Shown: positions 26,730-41,399, numbered from the stretch's first letter. The stretch is DNA of 64,000 bases from Octopus vulgaris (GCA_951406725.2 OX597839.1:39122001-39186000); one strand, 5' to 3'. Made by a program: numbers and translations. The notes: generated by a model from the letters alone, not told the origin.

Positions 26730-27729
26730 GTATATATATATACATACATGCACGCGCACATATATAATGTATACATCCGTTCAACGTATATGGACTCGGG
26801 TTTAGAGAAATGTAGAGCAGCTAAAGAGAAGGGGGAGATAATTCCATTACTGCGAATTTGTATATCTGGTGTTAAGAAGGAAACCTGTTAAATGTTAATG
26901 GTCGAGAAACTTGTGTAAGATAGCACAGTTTTACAAACCTATATAAATCCCTGAAGAGAACACTGACGTGAAATTATATATACTCCCTCACGTGAGCATA
27001 TACAAAGAATTACATTCTCTACAGACGTCGACATATGGGCGTATGAGTGTCTGTATACACACACACACATACATACATACACACGTATGTACATTTACGT
27101 GTGTCAGTATATGTGTGTGCGTGTGTCTGTCTGTCTATATATATATAGAAATTTATACATTACACGCACTCATACACATATACACACACCATATATACAT
27201 AATACATAACGTGATTTGTTGTGTGGGTTTACGAAAGAATGTTGTTTGTGTATATATGTATGTATGTATACATTAATACTTTGATGTGCGTATGTATGTA
27301 TATGAATCTATTCCTCAACTAACGAAGTTAGTATATTCCACTGTTTTCTTTCAGTGATTCTATGGGCTTTTCTTTTTTCACTACTCGCAGAATCTTCGTA
27401 ATGAGATGAAGGTAAAAGATTTTTTTATGCAGGTAAATTCTTCGAATTATTGAAAGAAATAGTAACTCATTTCAAAGAACAGTATGTTGCAAATGCCCCT
27501 ACGCTGATAGTGAAAAAAATTTCTCTGAACAAAACTCTACGTAATTCCATAAGAAAAAAATACATATACGCTCTTCCTTTAGATTCTGTAACAAGAAAGA
27601 AAATGCGAACGCACAAAAAGTGAAAAGTTGCTCTTTTGGTTCCATTCGGTTTTTTATTTTTAGCAAAAAACTTTTTAAATGGATAAAGGGCATGAAGGAT
27701 TATCCGTTTTCCTTTCTTACAAACTTCTA

Positions 27730-28490
27730 AGTCTTCCCACAAAACTCTGAGACATCGTCCAAAATTCGCTTCAGTTTTCTTATAGTCCACTTTGATGAAG
27801 GAATTATTCTTATCCATCCATTTTCTCTGTCCCCTATCCCTAGAGTCCTGCAGCACCTCTTCCATGGCGTCCTCTCAGAAGCAGTTGTCCTCACACTTTC
27901 CAGATGGATCACCAAGCATGAAAAACTGAGACTATGGACGTTATCCAACCATATCTATTTCTTTATTACCCACAAGGGGCTAAACATAGAGGGGACAAAC
28001 AAGGACAGACATAGGTATTAAGTCGATTACATCGAACCAGTGCGTAACTGGTACTTAATTTATTGACCCCGAAAGGATGAAAGGCAAAGTCGACCTCGGC
28101 GGAATTTGAACTCACAACGTAACGACAGACGAAATACAGCTACGCATTTCGCCCGGCGTGCTAACGTTTCTGCCAGCTCGCCGCCTATATCGTTATTGGT
28201 CTACCCCGAGTTAATCGTGCCAGAGATTTTTACTGCTTCCTTAAGGTCTCGGTAATTGAGTCTTTTCTTAGCAACATGCAATGAACAAAGAATATAAACC
28301 TGTATCAGGTTCTTCAACTCACACTTCCTGCAACATTTGTACAAAGCTCTTACTGATTAAGACAGTTTCTTCTTCTGCCCTACAGACACGTACTCTTTCT
28401 ACTGGTTTCAGTTATTGGATAGCTGACATACTTGGTGGGTCCAAGTCGAGCAAATTCATGCCAGTACATATTTTAAAATCTCACACTTAT
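27730..28490 (-). pseudogene. Highly decayed non-LTR retrotransposon (possibly RLE-type), interrupted by a SINE
   Basis: The minus translation includes RVCRAEEETVL, reminiscent of the CxxC..ET..H zinc knuckle of R2/R4/NeSL elements. Many stops. Confidence 0.3.
27956..28186 (-). mobile_element. SINE family B
   Basis: Full reverse-complement copy. Confidence 0.92.
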
Positions 28491-28943
28491 AACACCAACC
28501 TGCTCTTATTAGAGAGTAAACAAACCAACGCCGGTTGTTAAACGATATACACACAAACACAAAAACATACAAACGCACACACTTTACATTTATCACACAA
28601 TTGACATTTATCAGATTCTCTCACAGCAGACCGAGTAGACTGAGGATACAGTAGAATATAGTTGCCCAAAGCAATTTGGGCTGGTCAGTGCCCATCATCC
28701 ATAATGCAATTCACTCTCCGGCTTTCACCAGTTCCGTCAAATGAAGAACAAATTTCGGGGACAAAGATTTGATGGCACAGACGAATTCAAAGTGGCTGTA
28801 AAATGAGTACAATTATGCAAATCTGTATTTCTTTGGAAGGAAGGATACGAAACTAGGATTCAAGAGCGACACAGAAACATCGCTTGTGATGAAGATTACG
28901 AGATGATGCTGAAAAGGTTCCTGGTTTTAGGTAAAAGAAAATA

Positions 28944-29350
28944 CAGGCGCAGGAGTGGATGTGTGGTAAGTAGCTTGCTAACCAACCACATGGTTCTGGG
29001 TTCACTCCCACTGCGTGGCATCTTGGGCAAGTGTCTTCTGCTATTGGGCCGACCAATGCCCTGTGAGTGGATTTGGTAGACGGAAACTGAAAGAAGCCTG
29101 TCGTATATATGTATATATATATGCGTGTGTGTGTTAGTGTGTCTCAGTTTGTCCCCCTAGCATTGCTTGACAACCGATGCTGGTGTGTTTACGTCCCCGT
29201 CACTTAGCGGTTCGGCAAAAAGAGCCCGATAGAATAAGTACTGGGCTTACAAAGAATAAGTCCCGGGGTCGAGTTGCTCGATTAAAGGCGGTGCTCCAGC
29301 ATGGCCGCAGTCAGATGACTGAAACAATAAAAGAGTAAAAAAGTAAAAGA
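28944..29350 (+). mobile_element. SINE family A, full length
   Basis: Matches other family A copies. Confidence 0.92.
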
Positions 29351-29843
29351 GGATCAGTTAATTATGATTCCATTCACCATATTCCCCTTCTCAGATTCAC
29401 ACACTTATTGCAGCGGTCCTTCACTTTCCTAATCCCAGTAAAAGAAGTCGGAAGGTTGGGCCTGCAACCAGACCTTTCGCTACACCCTTAAAGCCAGGAA
29501 CTTTTCAGCACCCCGTCGCATGTTGAATAGTAGCTGTGTAGAGCAGAAGAGTTAACTCCACCAACATGGTACAATTTATTTGAACAAACCACAACGATTC
29601 CCAACCCCCCCAAAAACGCAAAATAAAAAAAAAAAAAAGATATGCTCACTTTTGCATAATTTTCAGTCTATCATCGTTCGTATGTGTGTGGTATACGTGC
29701 GTGCGTGCATGTGTGTGTGAGAGAAAAAAGGAGAAAGAGTTGGAGAGATAGACAGGTATTGATAAACACACACACACACGCACACACATATATTGTATTT
29801 GCGTTTATGCTTGTCTATATGTACATACACATATACACGTGTG

Positions 29844-29885
<42 letters not shown>

Positions 29886-30026
29886 GGTACAAATACAAAT
29901 ACACAAGTGCGTGCGTGTGTCTATGTATATATATATATAATCCTGATAGACATTGGTTCATTATATACATATATATAAGAAAATTAAAATTTATCTAATA
30001 TAGTGGCGTTTTCAAACTTCTTTTTT

Positions 30027-30070
<44 letters not shown>

Positions 30071-30873
30071 GTGTATGTATATGATGAACAATGTCTATCA
30101 GGATTTCTAGATGTGGGTGTGGGTGTATGTGAGAGTGTAGAACGCGTCTACTAATGACTCCCCATTATTTCAGATACAAATTACATAATTCTGACAGCTG
30201 TTTGTGTCTATTATGATAATTATAATTAAAATATTATTATATTATTATTATTATATATTATTATGATATATTATTATATTTCTATATAAACACATAAATG
30301 TATTCATAAATTTACTGATAGAGACACACACACACACACATACACACAAATACTTACACACATACAATATATATTTATGTTAGCACGCGTATGTATGTAT
30401 AAGCGTAAGAATGGCTATGTCGTTCGAGGTTCAGGCCCACCACGCGGCATCCTAGTTTAGTGTTTTTCTACTATAACGTGAAATAAAATGTCTTGCTCAA
30501 GGACAGAAGGTGCTGCCGGGAATCGAACTCACGACTTCACAATCATGAGCCGAATACCTCACGTGTCTTCCCATGCTAAGACCTGTAGCATAGAAAACAG
30601 CCATACTAACAAATTCACTTCTCATTTTTTTCTCTTTTCAAATCATAAGTGTATAACAATTGCAAATTCACCACCACAGTCACCGCCGCCACCAGCACTA
30701 CATATGCAGTTGCCCTTGAAATTGTGCTCACATTAAAGGGGTACTATGATTAGCCCCGGAGTTAATTCGAAATCGATTTCATGATTATCTTCTGTTCAAA
30801 TTCTTTCCCAAATATTCGGCGCATTTGTGGCAAATAAAATGTTTTCTATTTGTGTGTGCATTAGATATAGGTG

Positions 30874-30944
<71 letters not shown>

Positions 30945-31289
30945 GAGAGAGTTTGCTTTATTGGTTAAATTTGAAGTCGCATTGTATAAACATATTTTTT
31001 GTGTAAAAACCTTGTGTATGAATATATTCCGTTTTGTATATCGATATATTTCGTTTGCCTTCAAAGAGTATTTGTAGCAATATATCTTGTTTTGTATATC
31101 ATATATTTCGATTACTAGTTCGTTGTAGAAAAAAAGTGGTATTTTAAAAAAAATATACAGACTCAGAATCTCTGATGTTCAAGGTGCTTTTCTTAAAGGT
31201 ATCATAAAAAATGTTTGGGGATGTACTGGAAAAAAAAAAATCATTTTGGAAAACTTACTATTGTTTCAGACATATTTCTTTACCTGCGT

Positions 31290-31670
31290 GGAGGCGCAAT
31301 GGCCCAGTGGTTAGGGCAGCGGACTCGCGGTCATAGGATCGCGGTTTTGATTCCCAGACCAGGCGTTGTGAGTGTTTATTGAGCGAAAACACCTGAAGCT
31401 CCACGAGGCTCCGACAGGGGATGGTGGTGATCCCTGCTGTACTCTTTCACCACAACTTTCTCTCACTCTTACTTCCTGTTTCTGTTGTACCTGTATTTCA
31501 AAGGGCCGGCCTTGTCACTCTCTGTGTCACGCTGAATATCCCCGAGAACTACGTTAAGGGTACACGTGTCTGTGGAGTGCTCAGCCACTTACACGTTAAT
31601 TTCACGAGCAGGCTGTTCCGTTGATTCGGATCAACCGGAAACCTCATCGTCGTAACCGACGGAGTGCTTC
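31290..31670 (+). mobile_element. tRNA-derived SINE family C, full length, 11-bp TSD
   Basis: A-box TGGCCCAGTGG and B-box GGTTTTGATTCC. TSD ATTTCTTTACC at 31274-31284 and 31675-31685. Near-identical copy at 47175-47560 (-). Confidence 0.92.
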
Positions 31671-32122
31671 AAAAATTTCTTTACCGCCGACATACTTATT
31701 TGTACATAGCCGAACCTATATAAACACAGGACAACGTATGAAAAGAGATCAGTGATACATTTTCCATTCCCGTTCATCGTATGAAGATGAGTGTGTCAAG
31801 GCTGGCCCTTTGAAATACAGGTACAACAGAAACAGGGAAAAAAAGTGAGAGAAAGCTGTGGCGAAAGAGTACAGCAAGGTTCACCTCAATATTTGTATGT
31901 GTGCATGTATATAAATATAATCATATATATATACATATATAGGTACGTATCGATGCAAAGATATATCTGTGCATAGGTTTGTTTGTGTGTGTATATACAT
32001 TTGTGTACTTGTATGTGAATATTTTGTATATATATATATGCATAGATTTTTATATATGTATGTATATGTATACATATATTTGTATGTGTGCATGTATATA
32101 AATATAATCATATATATATATA

Positions 32123-32500
32123 CAGGCGCAGGCGTGGCTGTGTGGTAAGAAGCTTGCTTCCCAACCACATGGTTCCGGGCTCAGTCCCACTGCGTGGCAT
32201 CTTGGGCAATTGTCTTCTGTTATAGCCTTGGGCCGACCAAAGCCTTGTGAGTGGATTTGGTAGACGGAAACTGAAAGAATCCCGTCGTATATATGTATAT
32301 ATATATGTGTGTTTGTCCCCCTAGCATTGCTTGACAACCAATGCTGGTGTGTTTACGTTCCCGTCACTTAGCGGTTCGGCAAAAAGAGACCGATAGAATA
32401 AGTACTGGGCTTACAAAGAATAAGTCCCAGGGTCGATTTGCTCGACTAAAGGCGGTGCTCCAGCATGGCCGCAGTCAAATGACTGAAACAAGTAAAAGAA
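32123..32500 (+). mobile_element. SINE family A
   Basis: Matches other family A copies. Confidence 0.92.
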
Positions 32501-32867
32501 AGAAAGAAAGAAAGAAAGAATATATAGGTACGTACCGATGCAAAGATATATCTGTGCGTAGGTTCGTTTGCCGTGTGTATATATACATTTGTGTTACTTG
32601 TATGTGAATGCAGAAGTCAGTTCATGAATTATATACACACAATTACCAATATATTATTACTGAAGCCTGTCTCTTGAAACAATCTGAAAGCAGGTGGTCT
32701 GCGGTGTTTTATTACATCAAAATAGGAATGGATGGATAGGTAGGTAGGGTGAAAAGACAATGTAGTTTATTTATGTAAATAAACAAACACTAGTTCCATT
32801 ATCACCACACAGAACACACCACCACAACCCACGTACACAAATATATACATAAATATACCTACCCCCC

Positions 32868-32904
<37 letters not shown>

Positions 32905-33151
32905 GCATGTATGTATGAATGTATGCTGGTTTTCGTTTCTCGTTGAGTTCTGCGTCTATTTGTGGTGTCCTGTACTTACGTATATATATATTTGTATATG
33001 CATGTATATATACATGTAGATGTAGGTACGTACATATACGTATGTATGTATGTATGTATATATTTTATTTATTACACTATTGTATGACTGAGCGGCCTCG
33101 CGTCGATTCGATTCGTTTTCGTTTCGTTTCATCTCCTCCAAGTAAGTTTTG

Positions 33152-33199
<48 letters not shown>

Positions 33200-33442
33200 G
33201 TTTATCTATGTGCGTAGAGTACTTATGTATGTATGTTGGTAACTATATATGTATATGTGTATGCATGTATGCATGTATGGAAGGATGGGTGTATTTATAT
33301 ATATCCACACCTATGGTTATAAATGATTGTGCAAGCATGTCTGTTTCTTCATCTATCTATCTACCTATCTAAACATACATACATATTATACACACTGTGT
33401 GTGTGTATATATATACACACACACATATATATATATATATAT

Positions 33443-33613
<171 letters not shown>

Positions 33614-33950
33614 ACATACATGTACAAGAAGTATACACGCATACACATTATGTTCGTGTGTATGCATTTACATGTTGATGCGTGTGTATATACACCAACA
33701 CACATAACAAATAGCAGTGTTATCTCTAGATATTTTCTATTGTTTCCCCACTTTCTAATGTTGTTCAATTTTCTCTACGTTATAGAGTTCTGTTTTAATA
33801 ATTCATATTTTCAATGATTGAGGATTGTATTATTTCTGGTCCAAAAAGCCAGGGGAAATAACTTCGATATACAATGTAGTTACAAGTTGTATTTGGAAAG
33901 TGAACGTGCACTTGCACGCGCGCGCGCACGCACACACACACATGTATAAT

Positions 33951-34185
33951 GGAGGCATGTGGCTAAGTGGTTAGGGTGTTGGACTCATGATCGGAAGATT
34001 GTGGTTTCGATTCCTGGACCGGGCGATACGTTTTGTTCTTGAGCAAAATAGTCCTTTTCACGTTGCTCCATTCCACTTAGCTGGCAAAAATGAGTAAACC
34101 TGCGACGGACCGACGTCCCGTCCAAGAAGTGAGGAATTTCTACGCCATTGAAACTTGCCCTTATGAGCCTGGCATGGCTCGAGAA
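33951..34185 (+). mobile_element. tRNA-SINE with V-domain-like core (family D)
   Basis: TGGCTAAGTGGTTAG and GGTTTCGATTCC boxes, plus AAACCTGCGACGGACCGACGTCCCGTCCA. Confidence 0.7.
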
Positions 34186-34229
34186 GGAAATACACACATT
34201 ATATCAATCTATCTATCTATCTATCTATA

Positions 34230-34402
34230 CACACAAGACAAAAGAAACAGAACAAGAACGTAACAAGCGACAACAAAACACCCGGACAGTTAAACGATAC
34301 AAAAAAGGACAGGAAAATACAAGGACGGGTCATTCGGAGCTTTCTTTCGTCAGTCGAGTTCCATATCATCGTTGCAGTTTCGGCCGGTTACACTCGAGAC
34401 TG
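34230..34402 (-). mobile_element. Fragment homologous to 10330-10460 (probable Penelope-like end)
   Basis: Shared CTCGAGT...GACTGA(C/A)GAAAGAAA(G/A)CTCCGAATGACCCGTCCTTG. Adjacent (TA)n. Confidence 0.55.
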
Positions 34403-34585
34403 GGCTTTTATATATATATATTGTCCTTTACTTGTTTCAGTCATTAGATTGCGGCCATGCAGGGGTACCACTTTGAAGAATTAAGTGGAAAGTATCGACC
34501 CACCTTTTTCCTGGGTTATATATACCCAAACTTAGTGAGAGTGTGTGTGTGTATGTGTGTATATACACACACATAAATTGAATAG

Positions 34586-34640
<55 letters not shown>

Positions 34641-34943
34641 GATAGATAAATACTCTTGTACTTCTTTCCATCCTTGACTTAAGACCATACTAAGGCACTG
34701 CCTTAAATGGTTAGTCGACCATATTGATCCCAACACTTAACTTATTTTAATTCAGGTACTTAGTCCGCCGGTCTTTCTTATTTATTTACTTATTCATCTA
34801 TTACAGAACCACTAAATTACGAAGGCATAATTCTCCAGTGGTATGATGCAGTGGTATATATGTAATCATGTTATCAACCAAATTATCAGATGTTGTAATA
34901 TATCGCTGGTCACAATGCGCTTCGCATTGTTTGGCTTTAAAAT

Positions 34944-35591
34944 CAGTGTTTCTCAACCATTTTTTTACTTACTGACCCTTCGATCCTTATTTTCCTAGGA
35001 TGGACCTCCTAGCCAATCGATTCTTAGCTAATCGATGTTCAAAACAGTCATATGACATGTTTATGATTAAATAGGATTAGGAATTGTGGTGAAAAATTGT
35101 TAAAATATTTTGGGTATTTTAGAATTATAAGCAACTAGCAGTATCGCCCGGCGTTGCTCGGGTTTGTAAGGGAAATAACTATATAAGCATTTTTAGAGAG
35201 TTATAGCCAAAAAAATAGCAAAAAAATGCATTAAAAATGGAAAAAAAACGATGGTAAATTTTTTTTTAAATCGTTGACTCATCGTAGACATTTTTAGAGA
35301 GTTACTTCCCTTATATAATCGCGAAAAAATGCATTGAAATGGAAAAAAATGATGGTAAATTTTTTTGAAATCGTAGACTCATCGTAGACGCGCGCTAATA
35401 CCCAGAAGGGCTCGATATGAATCACGACTATAAGATACCCGGTTTTGGTTACACTGCACCGCAAAATGTGGGAGTAGTTAGGAATCTAAATCGTAGGAGA
35501 CAGACACACAACTTGACTTTTATATATAAAGATTTATTGCAGATATATTTCAACAACAAAATTTTATATGGACCCTGGTTGAGAACCAATC
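34944..35591. mobile_element. hAT-like MITE (host of a Helitron)
   Basis: TIRs CAGTGTTTCTCAACC / GGTTGAGAACCAATC. Imperfect 8-bp TSD TTTAAAAT / TTTAAACG. Confidence 0.7.
35135..35532 (-). mobile_element. Non-autonomous Helitron
   Basis: The minus strand begins A|TCTTTATATATAAAAG and ends CCCGAGCAACGCCGGG (hairpin)-CGATACTG-CTAG|T. No TSD. Internal duplication of about 110 bp. Confidence 0.88.
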
Positions 35592-36002
35592 TTTAAACGA
35601 TATGACCTCGCTTGGTAGGTAAGCAGGTTAGCATTCCCCACTGATCAGAAGGCTATTGAGACCATTTAAAGCTGAGTGCGCTGAAGTGACGTGAAATGAA
35701 GTATTTTACTCAAGAACACAAACGCGCAGCCAGTCTGAGAACCGAAACCACGATCTCACGATTGTGACTGCAGCATCCCTAACCACTACGCCACTTGCCT
35801 TCATATACATGTATGTGTGTGTGTCCTCCCCTCACCGTTTGATAACCAGTGTTTTACATCCTAGTGACTTAGCGGTTCGGAAAAGGAAGACGATAGAATA
35901 AGTACCAAACTGGGGTCGATTTGTTTATCTTGAAAGTGCTGCCCCCATGACTGAAACAAATAGAAGACAATAGGTGAAGAAAAAAATACATATACTCTTT
36001 CT

Positions 36003-36387
36003 CTCTTTACTCTTTTACTTGTTTCAGTCATTTGACTGCGGCCATGCTGGAGCACCGCCTTTAATCGAGCAACTCGGGCCCCGGGACTTATTCTTTTGTA
36101 AGCCCAGTACTCATTCTATCAATCTCTTTTGCCGAACCGCTAAGTAACGGGGACATAAACACGCCAGCATCGGTTGTCAAGCAATGCTAGGGGGACAAAC
36201 ACACAAACACATATATATATATACATACATATATACGACGGGCTTCTTTCAGTTTCCGTCTACCAAATCCACTCACAAGGCTTCAGTCGGCCCGAGGCTA
36301 TAGTAGAAGACAGTTGCCCAAGGTACCACGCAGTGGGACTGAACCCGGAACCATGTGGCTGGTAAACAAGCTACTTACCACACAGCC
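36003..36387 (-). mobile_element. SINE family A
   Basis: Reverse-complement copy. Confidence 0.9.
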
Positions 36388-36888
36388 TATAGATTTAAGA
36401 AATCTAAATATAAATGAGATACATGTGTGTGTGTAAAATTATGTCTACTGCAAAATAACAACTATAAACAACACAGCTGTTTGGACCCTAAACATCCGCC
36501 TCTCATCTCTCACTCCTCATCCCATAGACCCCCACAATTACCCGCTTTTCCGCCCTCTACACCATCTCCTCTGTGTACCTCCTTTTAGACAATCTTCTCT
36601 GCCCAAACACACACACACACACACACACACGCAGCATACCCCCAAACAGCCACCCATCGACACACTTACAAACCCATTAAACGTCTTAAAAATACCCTCA
36701 AGGCACCACTAGTCGTCTGTCTGTCTGTCTGTCTGTCTGTCTTCTTCCACTATATTCGCACCCCTTTACCTTACCTTAGACCTACTCACCCAGGAAGGGG
36801 TATGTTGATGTATGAATTGATTTAGCTGATGATATCACTGCTTAGATAAACATATACACACACACACACATACTCATATGGACACACC

Positions 36889-37075
36889 CACATACACTAT
36901 CACAGCAAGGCATATACACACACACATATACACTAACACAGCATGCACATACATACACACAACATACACTATCACAGCAAGGCATATACACACACACATA
37001 TACACTAACACAGCATGCACATACATACACACAACATAGACTATCACAGCAAGGCATATACACACACAGCACGCA
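36889..37075. repeat. 72-bp minisatellite, about 2.6 copies
   Basis: (C/G)ACTATCACAGCAAGGCATATAC recurs at 36895, 36967 and 37039. Confidence 0.9.
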
Positions 37076-37580
37076 CATACCTATACACAACATATACACA
37101 TTCAGGTACATTTTGTATGTTTATAATGTGGCACGTGCCTTAGGGTCTGGGTTGGAGGTAGGTACCGGAGATAATGATGGGTGGTAGAGATGATGATGGG
37201 GTGGAAAGGTGGTGATGGGGTGTGGAATGGGTAGATGTGATGATGGTGGTGGCAGTAAGACTACATAATGATGTTGATCTTACTGTTGTTGTTGTTGTGG
37301 TGGTGGTAGTGGTGGTGGTGGTAAAGAGAAATGGTGATTTTGATGATGATGGTGGAGGCAGTGTGGGAGGTGGTTTGGTAGTATTGACAGTTCTGTGAAT
37401 GATGGCAGTGTGGTTTCTAGTACGTGGTACCTGTACAGTGGTGTCAAAGAATGTTGAAGTGTTGGTTGTAGTAGTGGTGGTGGTGGTGACAGCGATGGAG
37501 CGTGTGATGACGTAGTGGTGATGGTGGTAGTAGTGATAGTGGTGATGGCGGTGGTAGTGATGATGGTAGTGGTGATGATG

Positions 37581-37860
37581 GTGGTGATAGTAGAGGTGTT
37601 GGTTATGTTATAGTAATGGGGTGGAGGTGGTCTCAGCAGTGATGGAGGTGATGGCTGTAGTGGCGATAGTAGTGGTGATGGTAGTAGTACTAGTGGTAAA
37701 GATGGTGGTGGTGGTGGTGATAGTAGGGGTGTTGGTTATGTTATAGTAATGGGGTGGAGGTGGTCTCAGCAGTGATGGAGGTGATGGCTGTAGTGGCGAT
37801 AGTAGTGGTGATGGTTGTGGTAGTAGTGGTAAAGATGGCGGTGGTGGTGGTGGTGGTGGT
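37581..37860. repeat. 133-bp direct duplication within a (GGT/GAT)n-rich tract
   Basis: GGTTATGTTATAGTAATGGGGTGGAGG at 37601 and 37734. Confidence 0.88.
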
Positions 37861-38458
37861 GGTGGTCTTGTTAACGGTAGTAATGATGCTGGTGCTGATG
37901 ATGTTGTGGTGGTGGTGGTAGTGGCAAAGGTGCTGGTTGTAGAATGGCAATGGCCGGCTGGTGAGGGTTTTGTTGGTAATGGTGATGATAGTGTTGGTGG
38001 TGGTGGTGGTGGTGATAGTGGTGGTGATGGTGTTAACGATGGGCGATGCTGGTGTGTTGACGTTTGTTAGTGATACGGAATACTCCCGCTGACTGAGAAA
38101 CACAGCCAAGAGAACTCAAAAGGTGGCAGCGGCGGCGGCAGTGGGGGGCGTTGGTGGTGATGGATGGGGTTTCGAATAGGTATGCGGGCGGATTTTTGTT
38201 GGGTTTTCGTGCACTTACACATCAGCCGAGGGTGTTGGGTGCAGACGAAGACACCAACGATTTACAAGTGAGGCGTAATTATTCTGAAGATTCTGGTGTA
38301 TGTCTATGTGGTGTTAGCGTGTGTGTGTGTGTGTGTGTGTGTATGTGTTAGTGTGTGTGAATGTGTGTGTGTGTGCCTGTGTTTAATGTATAAACGAATT
38401 ACTTTAGCGCGTAAATACACACACTCACCCATACACTCATACAGGCGTCGTGTGTGTG

Positions 38459-38494
<36 letters not shown>

Positions 38495-38496
<2 letters not shown>

Positions 38497-38850
38497 GTAG
38501 AATTAGCCCCTACATGGAGCAACAAGACGCCTCCAATAATTATAGTCTCCTGCATCTTCCCAGGTAATGCTTAATTACTTCAGATCTTCTTTGAAGGTGG
38601 CGCGCCTTGTTTTCTTCTTAGGTTTCCCTTACTTTCTCAGTCCCCGTCTGGTGTATTCCTTCTTCTGTCAGTCGGAAAAACATGACCTGCAAGTCTCACT
38701 CTTCTCTCTACCACAATCTCCTGCAGTTGCGCAGATTGTCACTTCTCAGCATTTCAGAGTTTGTGATTCTGTCTGTCCCTGTGGGCGATCTTGAGAATTC
38801 TGTGTAGACACCATTGCTGGAACGCATTCAAAATTTGAGTGATCTTAGCA
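38495..38850 (-). pseudogene. RTE-clade LINE 3' fragment
   Basis: Minus translation LNAFQQWCLHRILKIAHRDR...ERRVRLAGHVF...GKPKK is typical of RTE C-termini, with frameshifts. Confidence 0.75.
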
Positions 38851-39744
38851 ACAAACATTAGAGACACAACATGCACACAAACACGCGTGTTGGCGTATTG
38901 GAACGCATTCAGTCACACACATACATTTATTTCTAAGTTAGTTAAGTTAAGTTAATTTTTTGGCTCAAAAAGCAAAAAGCAAGGCCATGTAGAGGGACAT
39001 GGAGTTATGTACAGGGGTGCTCATGCAAAGAGTTCAGGCCATTTCTGGTCAAGAGAGACTTTGAACCGAGCGGTCGTCGGCATCTGTGTGTACATATACA
39101 TGCTTGGCGCGGATGTTGCTACTTTTATCCCCGACCAGGCGGTCGAATATCGCAACTCGGTCACTAATGTCGATTGTTTTTTTAGTTAAAGCCACTTCTT
39201 TGAATCTACCAGAGTTATCTCTCTTCAGAATTTCCCAGTGAAGAAATCCAAAGAACTAGAAGCGGTCGTCTGGTAATCCCAATAGGGAGAATCACTGGAC
39301 AGATATGGTGTTTTTACACTTTCAACCATAAGAGAGAACTTTTATTTTTCAAGATAACTGTTGTGAATTTACTTTTAGAAGTTAAAATATGGCACAAACA
39401 TATTTTAAATAACCTAAAGTTCGTTTATTCCTAATCACTGCTTGGGGCTGATGTTGTTTTGTGTAAATTAATGTTTCACAATTGGGATGTATGCGTGTTC
39501 ACATGATCAGTCGTAAGTGGCTCTCAGAAGAGCTGGGGATCCACCAGATGTAAAGGTTTTCACAAAGTCCGTTCTCCATACAAAGAAGATCTGATACCAG
39601 GCATCCCAATTATGGAAATGGTAAATTCACTACAAAATATTATATACACAGACTTCGTCAAAATTTCCTGTTCGTGGCTTGTTATATGTAATATTGGTTT
39701 CAAATTTTGGTTCAAAGCCAAGGAGAAAATTTTAGTCGATTACG

Positions 39745-39900
39745 TCGTTACGTTGTGAGTTCAAATTCCGCCGAGGTCAACTTTGTCTTTCATCCTTTCA
39801 GAGTCGATAAATTAAGTACCAGTTGCATACTGGGGTCGATTTAATCAACTGGCCCCCTTCTCCAAAATTACGGGCCTTGTGCCAAGAGTAGAAAAGAATA
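39745..39900 (+). mobile_element. SINE family B (alternative tail subfamily)
   Basis: Meta-like core followed by the CTGGCCCCC...GGCCTTGTGCC tail. Confidence 0.8.
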
Positions 39901-40035
39901 TTTGATTAGAAGTTGCATGTACATGAATTTACATTAGGTATTAAAGCACCGGTGAACTCTTCAGCGATTTCATTCGAAATAGTCACCTTTCAATACATAC
40001 ATACACACAGACAGACATATGCTCTTATATGTAAC

Positions 40036-40423
40036 TATATATATATATATATATGTATGCATATATACACACATATATGCATATATATATACACACATAT
40101 ACACACATATATGCATATATATATACACACATATACACACATATATGCATATATATATACACACATATATGCATATACATATATACACATATATGCATAT
40201 ACATATATACACATATATGCATATACATTTATACACATATATGCATATACATTTATACACATATATGCATATATATATACACACATATATGCATATATAT
40301 ATATATACACACATATATGCATATATATATATACACACATATATGCATATATATATATATACACACATATATGCATATATATATATATACACATATATGC
40401 ATATATATATATATACACATATA

Positions 40424-40465
<42 letters not shown>

Positions 40466-40730
40466 TATATACATACACACACACACATATACATACACAC
40501 ACATACACACACACACACACATACACACATATATATATATATATATACACATACATACACACATACACACACACACACATATATATATATATACAAACGT
40601 AGATTTTTACCCATACATTAAGCATATACACACGTATACATTTATACACACATACATAAATATACATATATACATAAATATACACATGTACACACTCACA
40701 CACGCACACACATATACACACATACACGCA
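40036..40730. repeat. Higher-order CACATATATGCATATA... microsatellite array
   Basis: Roughly 22-28-bp units anchored on ATGCAT. Confidence 0.9.
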
Positions 40731-41134
40731 AGAGCATACAAGACTTCACGGTGAATTTTTTTTTAAAAATGTTATGAATGGCAACAAAACCAAACATACA
40801 CGCGCACAGATTCACATGTACATTTGTATGCGCGTACCCTATACGTCCATAAATAACATCTGAAAGATCCCAGACGTACTTTATGTCTGTGAATGTTTAA
40901 ATAATGTAGCAGTGAATCATATGTACGTACGTACGTATGTATGTATGCATGCATGTATATCACACATGAATAAATACATACATATAATACATAGATGGAT
41001 ATGTGCACACACACGCCCACACACCTGAGTGCCTATGTGCGCATTCAGATATGAGATGTGTCCGTATATGTGTGTCTGTACGTATACATGCGCATGTGTG
41101 TACGTATGTATGTTTGTACATATGCATAGATGTT

Positions 41135-41186
41135 TGTGTGTGTGTATATATATATATGTGTGTGTATGTGTGTGTGTGTCTGTGTG

Positions 41187-41219
<33 letters not shown>

Positions 41220-41232
41220 CTGTGTGTGTGTG

Positions 41233-41272
<40 letters not shown>

Positions 41273-41320
41273 TGTGTGTGTGTATATATATATATGTGTG
41301 TGTGTCTGTCTGTGTGTGTG

Positions 41321-41399
<79 letters not shown>

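Noticed and set aside
31290-31365. tRNA gene
   Set aside because: A and B boxes are present, but the sequence continues into a SINE body with a TSD and does not form a proper cloverleaf. The same applies to the other SINE heads.
36842-37111. Cys-rich, metallothionein-like ORF
   Set aside because: It is the product of a 72-bp TG-rich minisatellite.
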